From the NCBI RefSeq assembly GCF_006345805.1, contig NC_042999.1, positions 115,506,001 to 115,570,000 on the forward strand: a stretch of DNA of 64,000 bases, written 5' to 3'. The first letter of the stretch is position 1, and each line of letters opens with the position of its first letter. Shown here piece by piece: positions 37,072 to 49,758 of this stretch. Below the pieces are notes generated by a model, which worked only from the letters and a program-made list of their open reading frames with translations, was not told the origin of the DNA and did not search any database. Source of the stretch: Octopus sinensis (Eukaryota). Made by a program: the position numbers and the translations under genes.

Positions 37072-37161
<90 letters not shown>

Positions 37162-37224
37162 TAATATATATATATATAATATATATATATATATATACAT
37201 ATATATATGTATGTATGTATGTAC

Positions 37225-37465
37225 ATATATTGTGAAGGAGCATGGTTCAATGGTTAGAGCGTCGACCTTACGATCGTAGGTTGTCAATTCGATTCCCGGA
37301 CTGGGCTGCGTGTTGTGCTCTTGTCTTGAGCAAGACACTTTATTTTTCATCCTTTCGGGGTCGATAAATTAAGTACCAGTTACGCACTGGGGTCGATGTA
37401 ATCGACTTAATCTGTTTGTCTGTCCTTGTTTGTCCCCTCTGTGTTTAGCTCCTTGTGGGTAGTAA

Positions 37466-37470
<5 letters not shown>
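37225..37470 (+). mobile_element. Chimeric SINE: tRNA-like head, family A body and GCYCCTTGTGGG tail
   Basis: Head TGGTTCAATGGTTAGAGC...TTCGATTCCCGG, then CCTTTCGGGGTCGATAAATTAAGTACC, then TGTCCTTGTTTGTCCCCTCTGTGTTTAGCTCCTTGTGGGTAGTAAAG. Confidence 0.75.
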
Positions 37471-37503
<33 letters not shown>

Positions 37504-37559
37504 TCACACACACACATATATATAGCTTTATATCTATCTATGTGTGTGTGCGTGCGCGC

Positions 37560-37755
37560 GCGTCTTTGTGTCTGTGTTTGTCCCTCAGCTGGTGTTGGTG
37601 TGTTTACGTCCCCGTAACTTTGCAGTTCGATAAAAGTGTTCGATAGAATAAGTACCAGGCTTAAAAAGTGTACTGGGGTCGGTTAGTTCGACTAAAATTT
37701 TTGAAGGCTCTGCTCCAGCATGGCCGCAGTCTACATACTGAAACAAATAAATGGT
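37560..37755 (+). mobile_element. SINE family B 3' half
   Basis: TTTACGTCCCCGTAAC...GCTCCAGCATGGCCGCAG...ACTGAAACAA. Confidence 0.8.
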
Positions 37756-37892
37756 AAATGGTACACTAAAAATCTATAACACCATCGGTGCATAGAAAAA
37801 GTTTCGTGATTACTCCATTATTTCAAGTAATTTACCCCCCGCTAATTTTTCACCCGCCCTTTCCTTAAGGGTTAACTTGAACAACAACGAAA

Positions 37893-37929
<37 letters not shown>

Positions 37930-39491
37930 ACTACTACTGTTGCTGCTGGGATATAAAATTAATTAGTAGATGTTATGAAGAATTAATGTAAAATGGTATG
38001 AGATAAGGCGAAGTTTCCTTTCGGTTGTTACCTAGATGCAACGCGAGATCAGTCTCATTTTAATTCTGGCACGTTTATTTTTTAAAAAGGAATGGTAAAC
38101 AAATCAAATAATACGTCTCGATTTACATGCAAAGCCATCAGACATTGGCTAGATAACATGAAGCATCTCATCTACTCTGTTGTGTCTGAAGTAAACTCCG
38201 TGACTTTATTTCATAAATACACAACAATTTATTGGTTTGAATTCAATTATATTTTTAAGCTCATACACGTACGCACATACAGATTCAGATATAGACGTAT
38301 ACTTGTAAATACGCGGCAAGGAAATATTTCGTAAAGTTTTTATTTGTATTTAAAGAAAAACTAATGTTAAGATATCGCTAAAAGATTTAATTAATGGGAT
38401 TCACAAACGATCGTACATTAAGAAATATTATTGTTATGAATAACATGAATTGATTAATGTGCTTTGGTTTCAGTTAGTGTTTTCCGTCACTAGTATTTCT
38501 TCCTTCATTCAAATTTCTTTCAAAGCTTGATGTTTATTAAGGTCAGATTGTCGGTAATAACAAGCATGTTAAATCAGTATAGACATAAAATATAAAATAC
38601 ATATTAAATTGATCAGTTTATATCTGTTTATAGATATCTTATCACATCCGCTTTCCTACAATTTAGTTTATGAGAATTATATAACGGATCTGGCCGTTGC
38701 TCTTAAATAATTTATTATACATTTGAATGCTAGAAATCAGCTTTAGTTGATTATTTGCTTTATTAATTGGTTGAAGATGACCATCGAAGCAACCAGCTGA
38801 ACTACAATATCTTTGACATACACGAGACTCTAGGTTCAAATAATGCTTTCTGTCGTTGTTGTTATGTAACAACTGGAAAGCCCAAATCAAGAGGACACGA
38901 GCCACAAATTCACCTTGCCAGTCATATCATGCTTCCGTCTAACTAAATACTATAACGGGTACTGTGCAATGTGCCATTCAATATATTGCATTCCCTCTGT
39001 TGTGCAGCCTATTTTTATACACTGATAGACTCCGGTGGTGGCTACAGCAGAGGCGTGTTAGGTGACTTGCAATAGTTGCTGTTGTTCGCTTATTGTTGGT
39101 AGTGTGCATCTACCGAAAGTGCTTGGAGCGAGTGAAACTAATGCTGTTACAACTAATTCTGTGCAAATGTGTTCCTTATGCTTGCCTGGGCTGAGTGTGT
39201 GGTTTGAGGATGATGTTGAAGTTCTGAGGTGTTGTATATGTATATATATATATATATATAATGTGAGGTATACTTGCCATCTCAATATGGCTAACCACTA
39301 AGGGTGGGTGTTACTGTTGCTTGTAGCCCCAGGAGAACATCGTCTCCAGCTGGCTTTAGGCACACTTTCTGTGCCCTTATGGTATTTGCAAAGGGAGGTC
39401 ACCATTCCCTCGTCAACCTAAGTGATACGCACGGACTGCAGTTTCTAGGTTTTGACCTGTCTCGTTCAGAGATTTATTATTGCTTATATAT

Positions 39492-39547
<56 letters not shown>

Positions 39548-39729
39548 AAATGGTCATTGTCACCTCAAGAATTATAATTTCAGTTACTGTGTTGTGTTGC
39601 TGGTGTAGTAACGTCTTCTATGTACCAATGAATGTCATTTGCAATATTTACATATCAAATGCAATGCTTTATGTTATAAACATAATACTTTATGTTATAA
39701 GCTATAATTGTTTTGAAGGTTTCTATTTA

Positions 39730-39976
39730 TTGGGTTGATGCATAATTATTGCGGCTTTTTTTTCAACAAATTTTATTCAACAAAAACAGTAACAATATTC
39801 CACAAAAAGTCATTAAATGACAGTCTGACCGTCTGCCAAGCAAATGGGAAACAGTAATTGAAGTAGATGGTGAATATGTTTCGGATTAATAATTTAAAGA
39901 TGATTTTGTTACATGTTATTGTTTTTGTTCAATAAAATTTGCTGAAAAAAGCCGTAATAATTATGCCTCAACCCAA
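39730..39976. mobile_element. Mariner-derived MITE with ~65-bp TIRs and TA TSD
   Basis: TA-TTGGGTTGATGCATAATTATTGCGGCTTTTTTTCAACAAATTTTATT... / ...AATAAAATTTGCTGAAAAAAGCCGTAATAATTATGCCTCAACCCAA-TA. Internal remnant KWETVIEVDGEY of a mariner C-terminus. Confidence 0.9.
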
Positions 39977-40469
39977 TAGTTAAGTCTGAGTTGTAGTATT
40001 GAGAATGATTTTTAAATTATTGTTACAAGAATGGTGGACGAGATTATAAAATATTTTAGTTTTACGCAGTATTTTAAAATCTTTTTTTCTATAGAGTTTA
40101 CAAGGATTATTGTTGTGTGTGAAACGTATTTTTTAATGAATTTTATTCGTGCTTGTGATGTTGGGCTGGAAGACAACGATGAATTTCTGGTTCTGTCGCT
40201 GCTACAGTATTGTTATTGTGGTTGCCGACATTATAATTTTCCAGTAATATCGTTAATTTTACTGGCGTATTTTTAAATGGTGCTGTTTGATCGTGTTTGT
40301 GTGAGCATTTTATCTTTATAGGTATTTTAGTGTCCACTTCAGGCATGTTCGTTAGCTTGTCATATCCTAACAGTTGACACATCTGAAAATATTTCTGACA
40401 TTTGAAAAAAATTTCGTTCGACTGGTATTCCAGCCGTGACCAGCCATTGCGTTATATTTAGTATTGATT

Positions 40470-40675
40470 TCAAATTTTGCCTCAAGACCAGCAATTGTGG
40501 GGGAGAGGGGAATCGATAACATCGACCCAGTGCTCAACTGATACTTATTTTATCGACTGCGAAAGGAGGAAACGAAAAGTCGACCTGGGCGGAATTTGGA
40601 CCGAGCACGAAAAGAGGGACGAAATGCCGCTAAGCATTTCGCCCAGCGTGCTAACGACACTGCTAGCTCACCGAA
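40470..40675 (-). mobile_element. SINE family A
   Basis: Reverse complement family A motifs. Confidence 0.8.
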
Positions 40676-42559
40676 TTGTATTAAGTATAATATTAGTTTA
40701 TCCTTTATATCGAACCATTAAAAAAAAAAACGGTAGACTAGTATTTGAAGAAGATTTGACTCCAATTTTCGTTCTGGTCGAACGACTGAACAAAGGTTCC
40801 CTTGTTGGAAATTTCTTGAATTAATTTCGAATAGTAAAAAATCCCCTTTCTTTAATCCGGCTGGGAATATACCATTTGTTTTAAGCATCTCTTATGTGAC
40901 ACGAAGTTTACAAGTATTACTTTACTACATAAAAAAATTTCTACTAATATTTCTCTTCCTAAGGATGAGTATTATCTTTAGAATAGTTACTGGTGTGGAA
41001 ACAAGTTTAGTTTGTAAGTAAACAACCATCTGGGTTTCCTTTGATATTGACAAGTTGATGTATAACCATTAACGTCAATAGAACGCATTTCAAACATTGT
41101 CTCTACATCGCTAGCTGTTTGTGATTTGTTTTTCTAAAGTTTTGTTTAAAAAAACTCTAAGCCATATCTTCAGATCAAACTAAAAAAAGTTATACACAAT
41201 CACAAAACAAAGTAATATTTTCATACAATACTTAGCGTTTGTAAGTGCAGTTACAATTCTTATTTATTTTCAATAATTTGTTCGTACTTTTAATCTAATT
41301 GCGCTCTTTCATTTCTAAATGAATCTGATTTATTTCCGTCTGTTTTAACTTTTGATTGTTATATAAATTGTATTGATGAAATAGTAGCTGTTTTGATTCA
41401 CTACAGATAAATGTAGCGATATCATAAACACTTTTAATTTTTTTAGAAAGCAAACTTTTAGTATTATATTCAGAAACGGTTGATTATTAGGAATAATCTA
41501 TTTTGAAATCGATTATTTTCCTTCTTCTCCCCCACTTTCCCTCCCACTCTCTCTCTCTCTATATAAACTAAACAACAACAAAAAGAACAACTATATGTAT
41601 ATATGTATGTATTAGTAATAAGTATGATACAGAACGAGAGTTATACATATTGAAATATTTAACTAGAATAAATCTGTAATTTGTATTGCATAGTTGATGC
41701 TACGTCTCCGCTTGGCTTAATCCTGTAGCTTATAAATTACCTTTTACTTGGTCTGAACGCATCGTTGAGATATGCTGGTTTAGGTTTTACTTGTTAGAAA
41801 TGAATTGTAAAAAGTTAATGGAAGACTGTAAAGGAGCAAGTGACAGACTTACGACGGCATGAGTCAATCTACCCAAATATACAATTGTAACAAATACCAA
41901 AGTTTATGCACCAGAGGGTATTAAAACACAAATCCTGTGCTTTTCTAAATTAGGTACTACAATATCTAATGTGAGATTTTATTTTTAAGATTAGATGAGA
42001 TTTTAGAGAGATTTGGCTGCTATCTTCAGCAGATTGAAAAACCAGATGGAAGTTACCTGATCTCAGGGAGGTTTTCACCATTGTAAATGTGCATGCCATA
42101 GTAGTTAGGATGTTCGGCTTAGGAGTATAACTCTGTGGGTTTAATTCCTGAACCGGTTGGCACGATATGTTCTTGGCCAAGGTGCTTCATTTTACATTCA
42201 TCTACCCTACTCAGCTGTAATGTGGACCAGCCAAGAAGTTTTGGGTTCGATCTCACTGTGCTACGTTTTGGGAAAATGTTTTCTAGTGTAACCTAGTGTC
42301 GATCCAAGCCTTGTAAAGAAAATTGGGTAGACGGAAACTGTGTAGAGACCGTCGGTTGGATTCTACTTGTAATTCAAAGACCAGCCTTATCACATATGTC
42401 ACACAAATTTGGCCCGAGAATTGTGTTAAGGTTTTAAGAAAAAAAAAATACCCACTAACAAAAGAATCTGTCAGAAGACCTGGATACTCAATTTGGCTTC
42501 TGAATTTCAGTGGTCTTCTTTCGTCCGGCTTATATAATCAGTTGAAAAGAAGAAAGTAA

Positions 42560-44000
42560 CATTTGTATTGGCTATGGGAAGCAGTAGTAAGAATATCTCG
42601 TACCGAAGATGTTGCATTGTCAATTCTGTAGAAGTTCCAATATCATTAGATAGTGAGCATTGTGCAAAACCACGCAACGATGCTGCTGATTGTCTATCCT
42701 TTGAAATCTCACTTATTCATACAGTGGATTTGTTGCGGTTATTTTCACATTAACGACTTATGAACAACTGTTGCTATCTCGGGCGAACAGGCGTAATTGA
42801 AAGTGTAAGCCAAGTCAGTAATGTGTTGCTATTGATGGCGTGCTGTTGGATTAATATAATTGGACATTATTAAGTACATCTAGAAGTACTCGAGAATCAG
42901 AGAAGTCATGGATTTTGTGATTTACTTAACTACTTTTCTGATAATGATATTGTGCTCTTCAACTTGGTTATTGCCACATGGGTATAGTTTTGTATGTTTT
43001 AACTACTCCTTTATTCAAATTATCATTTACATCTTTTGTGAGCCATCAAGCTGAATATATCTTCACCACTATCAGAGTGAGTATATCCATCGGTGCCATT
43101 GTATCAAGATTTTATCTATACATATTATAACAGTGACAAAACTGATATTTGGAAAGGGTATCGCAAAAGTAAAACTTTGGAATTCATCAATGATCGCAAA
43201 AAGATACTTGCAAAATAATGATGATGTAAATGGCTCTTTGAAGTCGACACTAAAATTCTCCATAGTAGCTTTGATCGGAATACTTTCTAATGGACCAAAT
43301 AATCGAGGCTTGAGTTCGACATACAATTAACAAGATCAGGCATTTTTAACATCATCAATAGAAAAGGGCAGATTTTTAGATCGCACAAAATAAGTATTGT
43401 CATTATTCATGAGTGGTACAATTCTTGAATTTCAGATGCTTGGAATGGTAACAATATCGCATCCAAGTCGAGAATTAATGTGTAAAAAAAATATTCAGGC
43501 ACGGCATGCCATTTCGTGTCATTTTTTAAATTTAATTTTAGTGTACTTAATTATAATCCCACATAAAGTCAACTGATCGTTGTTCAGTCATGAAAATAAA
43601 ATGGCGTCCAGCAAGATGATCCCATTTACAAACATCCTCCATAATTACAATGGCTTCTTCATTGATAACCGATTTACTGTTAGATAGATGTTTTGATATG
43701 AAAGCAACTACCTTGTCTCTTTGGTTTAGAATAACTGAAACGGCAACATTAGACACAATGTCAATTTTCATCATTAGCTATTAAGGCAACCTTCTGTCGA
43801 TTCTTATTCTAAGTATTAAATGCATTAAAGGATATGACAGTATTTCTGATAAAAGTTTAATTTTATCTGACAATTTATAGATCAATTTTACATAATGAGC
43901 ACGCATGCTAAGAGTTCTGCGAAGAGACAAGTTTTGATGGCAATAGCAGCGTAAGTAAAAGATGTAATCTTCCAGGATGAGGCTGAACAAAATCGTCCCC
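42560..44000 (-). mobile_element. Ty3/Gypsy pol relic (RNase H and integrase)
   Basis: VILNQRDKVVAFISKHLS...VCKWDHLAGRHFIFMTEQRSV (RNase H); ELKPRLF...IKATMENFSVDFKEP...KYLFAIIDEF (integrase core). Confidence 0.85.
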
Positions 44001-45842
44001 AATACAATAGGTAAATATGTTGTTAATACTTATCAGTATAACAAATTTGGAATCATTCTGGGATAAGTTTCTTTTTTGCACATTCAAATCATGTTCAAGT
44101 TTGTCTATTCTATCTACCTATTAACACATTATCAAGGTATGAGAGGTTTATCTATAGCCATATGAAAACAAGAAACACCCTTCGTAACACACTCATATGC
44201 ACATACGCACGCGCGCGCGCACACACACACACACACACATACACACACACACAAACTAGATAAAACTGAATCTACTTTAAAATGAGTGAGCTTCTTATCT
44301 TACTCTCACATAGGTATTTAGCGGTATACACTCTTAAGGTCAAAGATAGAGAAAAACTTATTATCTGAACGCTTACTGATGTTATTATCAATATGGGAGT
44401 GGATATGTATCGAAGTCAATGGTCAAAATTATTGTTTGAGACTAATCAACACAAAATCATTTCACGTGCCAGTTATGTTCATTCTTGCTTACCAGGGACT
44501 ACGGATTCAGGAAGTGGAGGATTATAGCACCCTCGCAACATTTTAGTAAAAAATATCACAGATGTACTCTAGCAATCGTTACATTGATTGGTAACTTCAA
44601 ATCCTGCACTAACGTCATGTAGAAGAGAAAGTTTCTCCCCGATAGCTAATCACCACTAGCAAACCACGTATATGTCTGAAATATTTTCGCGCAAGTTATC
44701 TTATAAGTAATGAAGTTAGTAGCAAAGAATAACGAAATATGCAAAATTTTGCAGTTTCAGCCAGAAGTTGTGGTGATGCTAGGTCACCGCCATTAATTAT
44801 TATTAACATTACCATGTTAGGAATCGAGCTCGGGCCGCGTGTATGAAAACCCTTACTGCCTTTTTAAAGTTGTGTCAAGTAGACTCAGACGACAAAGTCT
44901 TCATTTTTATGTAAGATTAATGCAGCTGAAATTTAGGTTCGGATCTTTTCTACCAAAAATCCACAACTAGGTAGAGAAAAACAAAAAATTAATGACATCA
45001 AAGAGTAAGAGTCGAACGAAAATGATACGCCCAAGTCAGTCTCTCTGAAGCCTTGAAAAAGAACTCTCCTCGTCAGTATAAATAACATGACGGTTAATTT
45101 TATAGAGCGATCAATTTTGCTTTGCTGATACAGCATATCACTATTTTTCGCAGGTTCTTTCGCTTTAGAAAGCTGCAAGTTAGTTTGTTCTGTAGTATTT
45201 ATATTATTGTTTTAATAATTTAGGTGATTAGTTGGTTTTATCTTTTATATAAAATAGACCTGTATGTGTATTCGCTTTTCACGCGAAACGGCTGCGCGAA
45301 TTGCTTCCATACTTGGGATGCGTGATTAATTTGACACCGGATACATGATGAGCCTTTCAGTTAATTTTTTTTATTAAAAATAAATAATATTGCTTTATAT
45401 ATATATGATTCACTTCTTTAAAAAGGTTTCTGTATGTCAACTTCCGGTATTCATGTAACAACGACGAAATTTTCCGTTTTCATTTGTTAAACCTCTCACT
45501 CTCAATCTTAATGTTTTCATTTCAAGTTTTAATTCGCTATTTGCAAACAACTACGCTAAATCACTGAAAGAAGATATTTACTAAGTTCACAAATTTCACT
45601 TGAACCCGCACAATTCATTAATTTCCGTAAAAAGTTTTTATTTATTTAATTTTTGCTCACCGTGTTCAGCCCTATGTATTTGCAGTCAGTTATATGCACT
45701 CACGTGTGTTTTTGTATGTACGTTTGTATACATTCATGTATGTGTGTGTGTGTGAGAGAGAGAGAGTGAAGGGGTATGTTGTCATGTATACGTACATACA
45801 TAAATACATATGCATACATCATTTTTGTATATATGTGTGTGT

Positions 45843-45882
<40 letters not shown>

Positions 45883-45974
45883 TGTCTAAGTGGCTCTCTT
45901 CTCTCTCTCTCTCTCTCACACACACATACGCATACATACATACATACATACATACAAAAAAGATGCATGCATAT

Positions 45975-46258
45975 TTATTCCCCAGACCTTTCTCCTACCG
46001 ACTACCATTTTTTCAAGCCCCTTGATGGTTTCCTGCGAGAGGAGTTCAAAAATCAAACCGATGCTGAAAGTGCGTTCAAAGAGTTCATCAGCTTCAAAAC
46101 TCCAGATTTTTATGTTACGGAATAAACAAACTTGTAACTCGTTGGCAAAAATGTGTTGATTGCAATGGTACTTTGATGAATAGAATTTCCGCACTGTTGA
46201 AATATATTATGATGAATTTCATGTTTCAAAACGTTGCTTACTTTTTACTCAGCCTGAT
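45975..46258 (+). mobile_element. Mariner 3' fragment with right TIR
   Basis: YSPDLSPTDYHFF...LVTRWQKCVDCNG; TIR-like CTTACTTTTTACTCAGCCTGAT. Confidence 0.85.
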
Positions 46259-46289
46259 CAATTTTTCTTAGGAGGGCATAAATATTTTT

Positions 46290-47290
46290 GAAGAGGCAGG
46301 GAAGAACCTGAATGTAAACGAGACGCAAGGAATTTATATCGTAAATTGGTAACGTTGGAATAAGCTATTTTAACAATTGTCTTGGAAATGGTTTTGGTGC
46401 ATTTTAACAAAACAAGTGAGAAACTCCAAACCCCTGTTTTAATGTGTTTGAAGCTGATCTTCTGTTATTATCTTTAAGTTTGTTTGTTAAAGAACCCGCA
46501 AAATAAAACTTCAGACGACAGAGCAAAAGGTTTGTGTAAAGATATCATCACAAACTGTTCTGATGATTTCAGACTTATTGTTACAAAGAAGTTTTCATTT
46601 GGACCAGGTGGTACTACTTCTTTGAGATCAACTAAGAAATTTAGAACAAGTTCGAAATCAATTCTATAATTGCCTGGTAATCCAACTGAGCAGATTGCGA
46701 AAAGTTTAAGTTTCTCTCAAAATTAGTAATAATTAGATATATATTGATTACAAATTAGTTTAATGAATTTTGTCACTTTAGAGAATATTCGAGTTTAAGG
46801 AAATCTCAGAACACTGAAGAAATCGTATTATCTAAAATGCAATGCATAAAAGTTCTGCTTATTTGTAAACTACACCTAATTGAAGTGTTCCCAATAGTAC
46901 TGCTGCACTTAAAAGCTGTACTCGGAAATACCTATCACGAGTTGTGAAGCAGAAAGGAATTTTTCAAGCTATTCTTTTTAAAGAATAGATTTTGGTCTAC
47001 CATGACTGAAGAGTGCTTAAATTCTTTGCCGATATTGTCTCTAGAAAATGACATTACAAGGAAGTTCTCATATCACAAAATTGTGAATATGATGCAATAA
47101 AAAAAAAGAATATTTTGTGAAATGTGATTCATGAAGTACGTATCTTCACAGGTGTTTAAAATGAAAGAGTATATATGAAATCTGTTCTTAGCTGTGTTTC
47201 ATTTCATCACTATAATATGTATCTAGCATGTATATAAAGAATGCCTAATTTCTAGCCACTACCCACCCCGACTCGGAAACTGAAATTTTT
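46290..47290 (+). mobile_element. hAT transposase relic (ZMYM1-like group), C-terminal half
   Basis: DARNLYRKLVTLE.AILTIV...HFNKTSEKLQ; VFPN...PITSCEAERNFS...KNRFWSTMTEE.LNSL.ILSLENDIT (dimerization domain). Confidence 0.82.
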
Positions 47291-47329
47291 ATTTATTCTA
47301 GTTACTTTAATATCCTGTTTATTCTAGTT

Positions 47330-47780
47330 ACCGGTTAGACAACCCGGTACAGCAATATAAATAAAAATCTGAAATGTACTGTTTAAATTTTATATCAAAA
47401 TTTGTAGTGGTCCGTCATGGAACAAACACAATGTAGAAGTTAACAAACGATTTCAACCTATCACGCCGCTATCCGCCCTTTGGGCCTTAAGTCCTTGCAT
47501 GGATATAAGGCCATTCCGACCTTGTTGGATGTTGTCCTGTTGTCGCTCATCGCAAAGGGAAGGAGCTATAACAGTTCAAGCTTCATGGCCTCCGAAATAT
47601 TGGTCCGCCATTGCTGCTGTTGAATGAACAGTTTCTCTTGCAAAGCGAGAATGACACGAGAGAGATTCATTTCGCTGCTAATAATTTCATGTCACAAATA
47701 ACAGATCAAGAAAATAAATCTAATTGCTTTTGCAGAGGAATTTGTTTCCCGAGATGAGAATAGACAAAAGAATATCGGCA
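47330..47780 (+). mobile_element. Possible piggyBac-like transposase remnant
   Basis: Only weak motifs (LLSLIAKGR, MTRERFISLL resembling MSR.RF). Confidence 0.3.
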
Positions 47781-48074
47781 GATCTTGATTGAGTTAGTAG
47801 TTTAAAAACAGCTGGGTTTCTTTTTTCATTTTTGCTTATTTTACAAGTTTCCTCTGCCCTAAACTATGTACGTTACGGCTGCAGAGAAATCATGTATTTA
47901 TTCTACCTGCAGTTACGTAAACCTCTCCGTCACGTAATAATACAGGTTACGCTACAAGGAAATCCTGTATTTCTCATGCTTGCGCTTAAGGTAAAAATAT
48001 CTTAATATTAATTTACATTTGAATACGTACATTTAAACGAACAAACGTTATCAAATGCTTTAACCGTTTTAACA

Positions 48075-48210
48075 CGGCATGGAAGTTCGTGGTTTCGGAT
48101 TTAGTCTCACTACGCAGCACTTTGAGCAAGTCTTCTACGACAGCCCTAGGTCGCTCAATGCCTTGTTAATGGATTTGGTAGACAAAACCTGTGAGAAAGC
48201 CTGCCAAATA
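48075..48210 (+). mobile_element. SINE family B 5' half
   Basis: GCAGCACTTTGAGCAAGTCTTCTAC...GGATTTGGTAGAC. Confidence 0.7.
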
Positions 48211-48364
48211 TGAGTGTGTGTATGTATACATATATGTGTAAATACACACACACACACACACGCGCACACACACATATATATACATACATACATATATACA
48301 TACACACATACATACATACATACATACATACATACATACATACATACATACATACATACACACA

Positions 48365-49020
48365 CAAGGTGTTCGGGCTAAATTTGAATTTTTTATGTCT
48401 CCTTTTTTTTGACAGAGAGCTTAATGTATTGGTGAATAGTCAACAGCGTTGGGGTACGTAGTTGAGAAAAAGTTAGTTGACATAGAGCACTTGACCCCCT
48501 CTGAATATAAGAAAAAATATACTTGTATCATAATGATTTGCACTGGGTATCAGCATGTTCACGCTATGACCGATGCTCAATGCTCTGGGAACATTGTAAA
48601 GACTACGAGATATGACATGGACAGCTGCAACGGAAACTCCCAAACAGTTGTGATGGTTTTTGGGTGTGTCTTCAGCGAGAGTGACACCACGCCGCTTCAC
48701 AGGGTCTTAGGCTCAATTCAGACGGCTATGGGAAACTACTAGATAATGTGATCAAACCTTGGCTGAAAGAATTGCTGCTGGAAGGCCATATGTGTGGCAG
48801 CAGGATTAGGCTTCTTGCCACAGCCCCGGGAAAAGTCAGAAGTGGTTGTTGAAGAATTTCTACGACTTCACCAACCTCAATTTCTGGCATTTTAATTCCC
48901 CCAGCTGTAATCCCATAAATTACTATCTGCGGAGGTGCGGTTGAGAAAGACACCAACGCTCTGTCCGCAACATCAATGCCAAGCTAGTGACCAAGATTAA
49001 GCAGATGCTCGAAGATCATC
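48365..49020 (+). mobile_element. Tc1/mariner relic, maT (DD37D)-like
   Basis: QTVVMVFGCV.SE, GLRLNSDGY.KLLDNVIKPWL, GRPYVWQQD, SQKWLLKNFYDF, NSPSCNPINYY; TIR-like CAAGGTGTTCGGGCTAAATTTGA. Confidence 0.82.
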
Positions 49021-49038
49021 TTATATGTGTATATATGC

Positions 49039-49110
<72 letters not shown>

Positions 49111-49157
49111 TATATATTTAACTTTATAAATTCAGGGGTAAAAAATTATGAAATTTA

Positions 49158-49758
49158 TACCATGCGTAATTAAAGTCAGGAGACATAAATATTATAAAAT
49201 ATAATAGTGTATGAAATATACACGGAGAGAAAACCACCATGTGGATTTCTTATATGCAGTCAAAACCCCGAACTACGAAAACACAATCTTACATTAAAGC
49301 ACGTTGTTTGTATGCAAGCAAGACATTTGATTGAATAAAAACTTCAGTTAACCATATACCCATGAGTTTCACTATTAATGACCAAATAAATCAACTAATA
49401 AGTTAATTAATTCCTTAATTAGTCATCTGTAGCTCGTCAGTAAGGTCGCTGCAAAATATGAGACAACATATATGCATAATATGAGACTACGATACGTACT
49501 GAAAACGCAAAGTAAACACATGCGCATTCAGTTCCATCTTTATATGTCAAGAATTCAAGCATATATTATCCGGTCGAAGAATTGAAATATTTAACAAAGG
49601 TAAAAATTATTAAATATTTACCAGTGGTCAGCACGGGTTTTGATTGCCCTTTCTACATGTAAGAAATCCACCTGGTGGTTTTCTCTTCGTGTATATTTCA
49701 TGCACTATTATATTTAAAAATATTTGTCTTCTGACTTTTATTACGCATGCTAACCACT

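Larger units (their letters stand above)
35690..37075 (+). mobile_element. 5'-truncated Penelope-like element (Neptune-type): GIY-YIG endonuclease, low-complexity and minisatellite spacer, pLTR
   Basis: PCSRPRCRTY (degenerate Cx4CxxC linker finger), FTCTSSNIIYCISCSLCNSLYIGQTGRRLADRFAEH...PVSRHF...RLRREQELIFSL...PFGLN, stop at 36097. Hammerhead-like motif at 36941-36978. Confidence 0.9.

Noticed and set aside
39060-39480. Possible LINE 3' fragments flanking an (AT)n tract
   Set aside because: Similarity is too weak to assign a family or boundaries.
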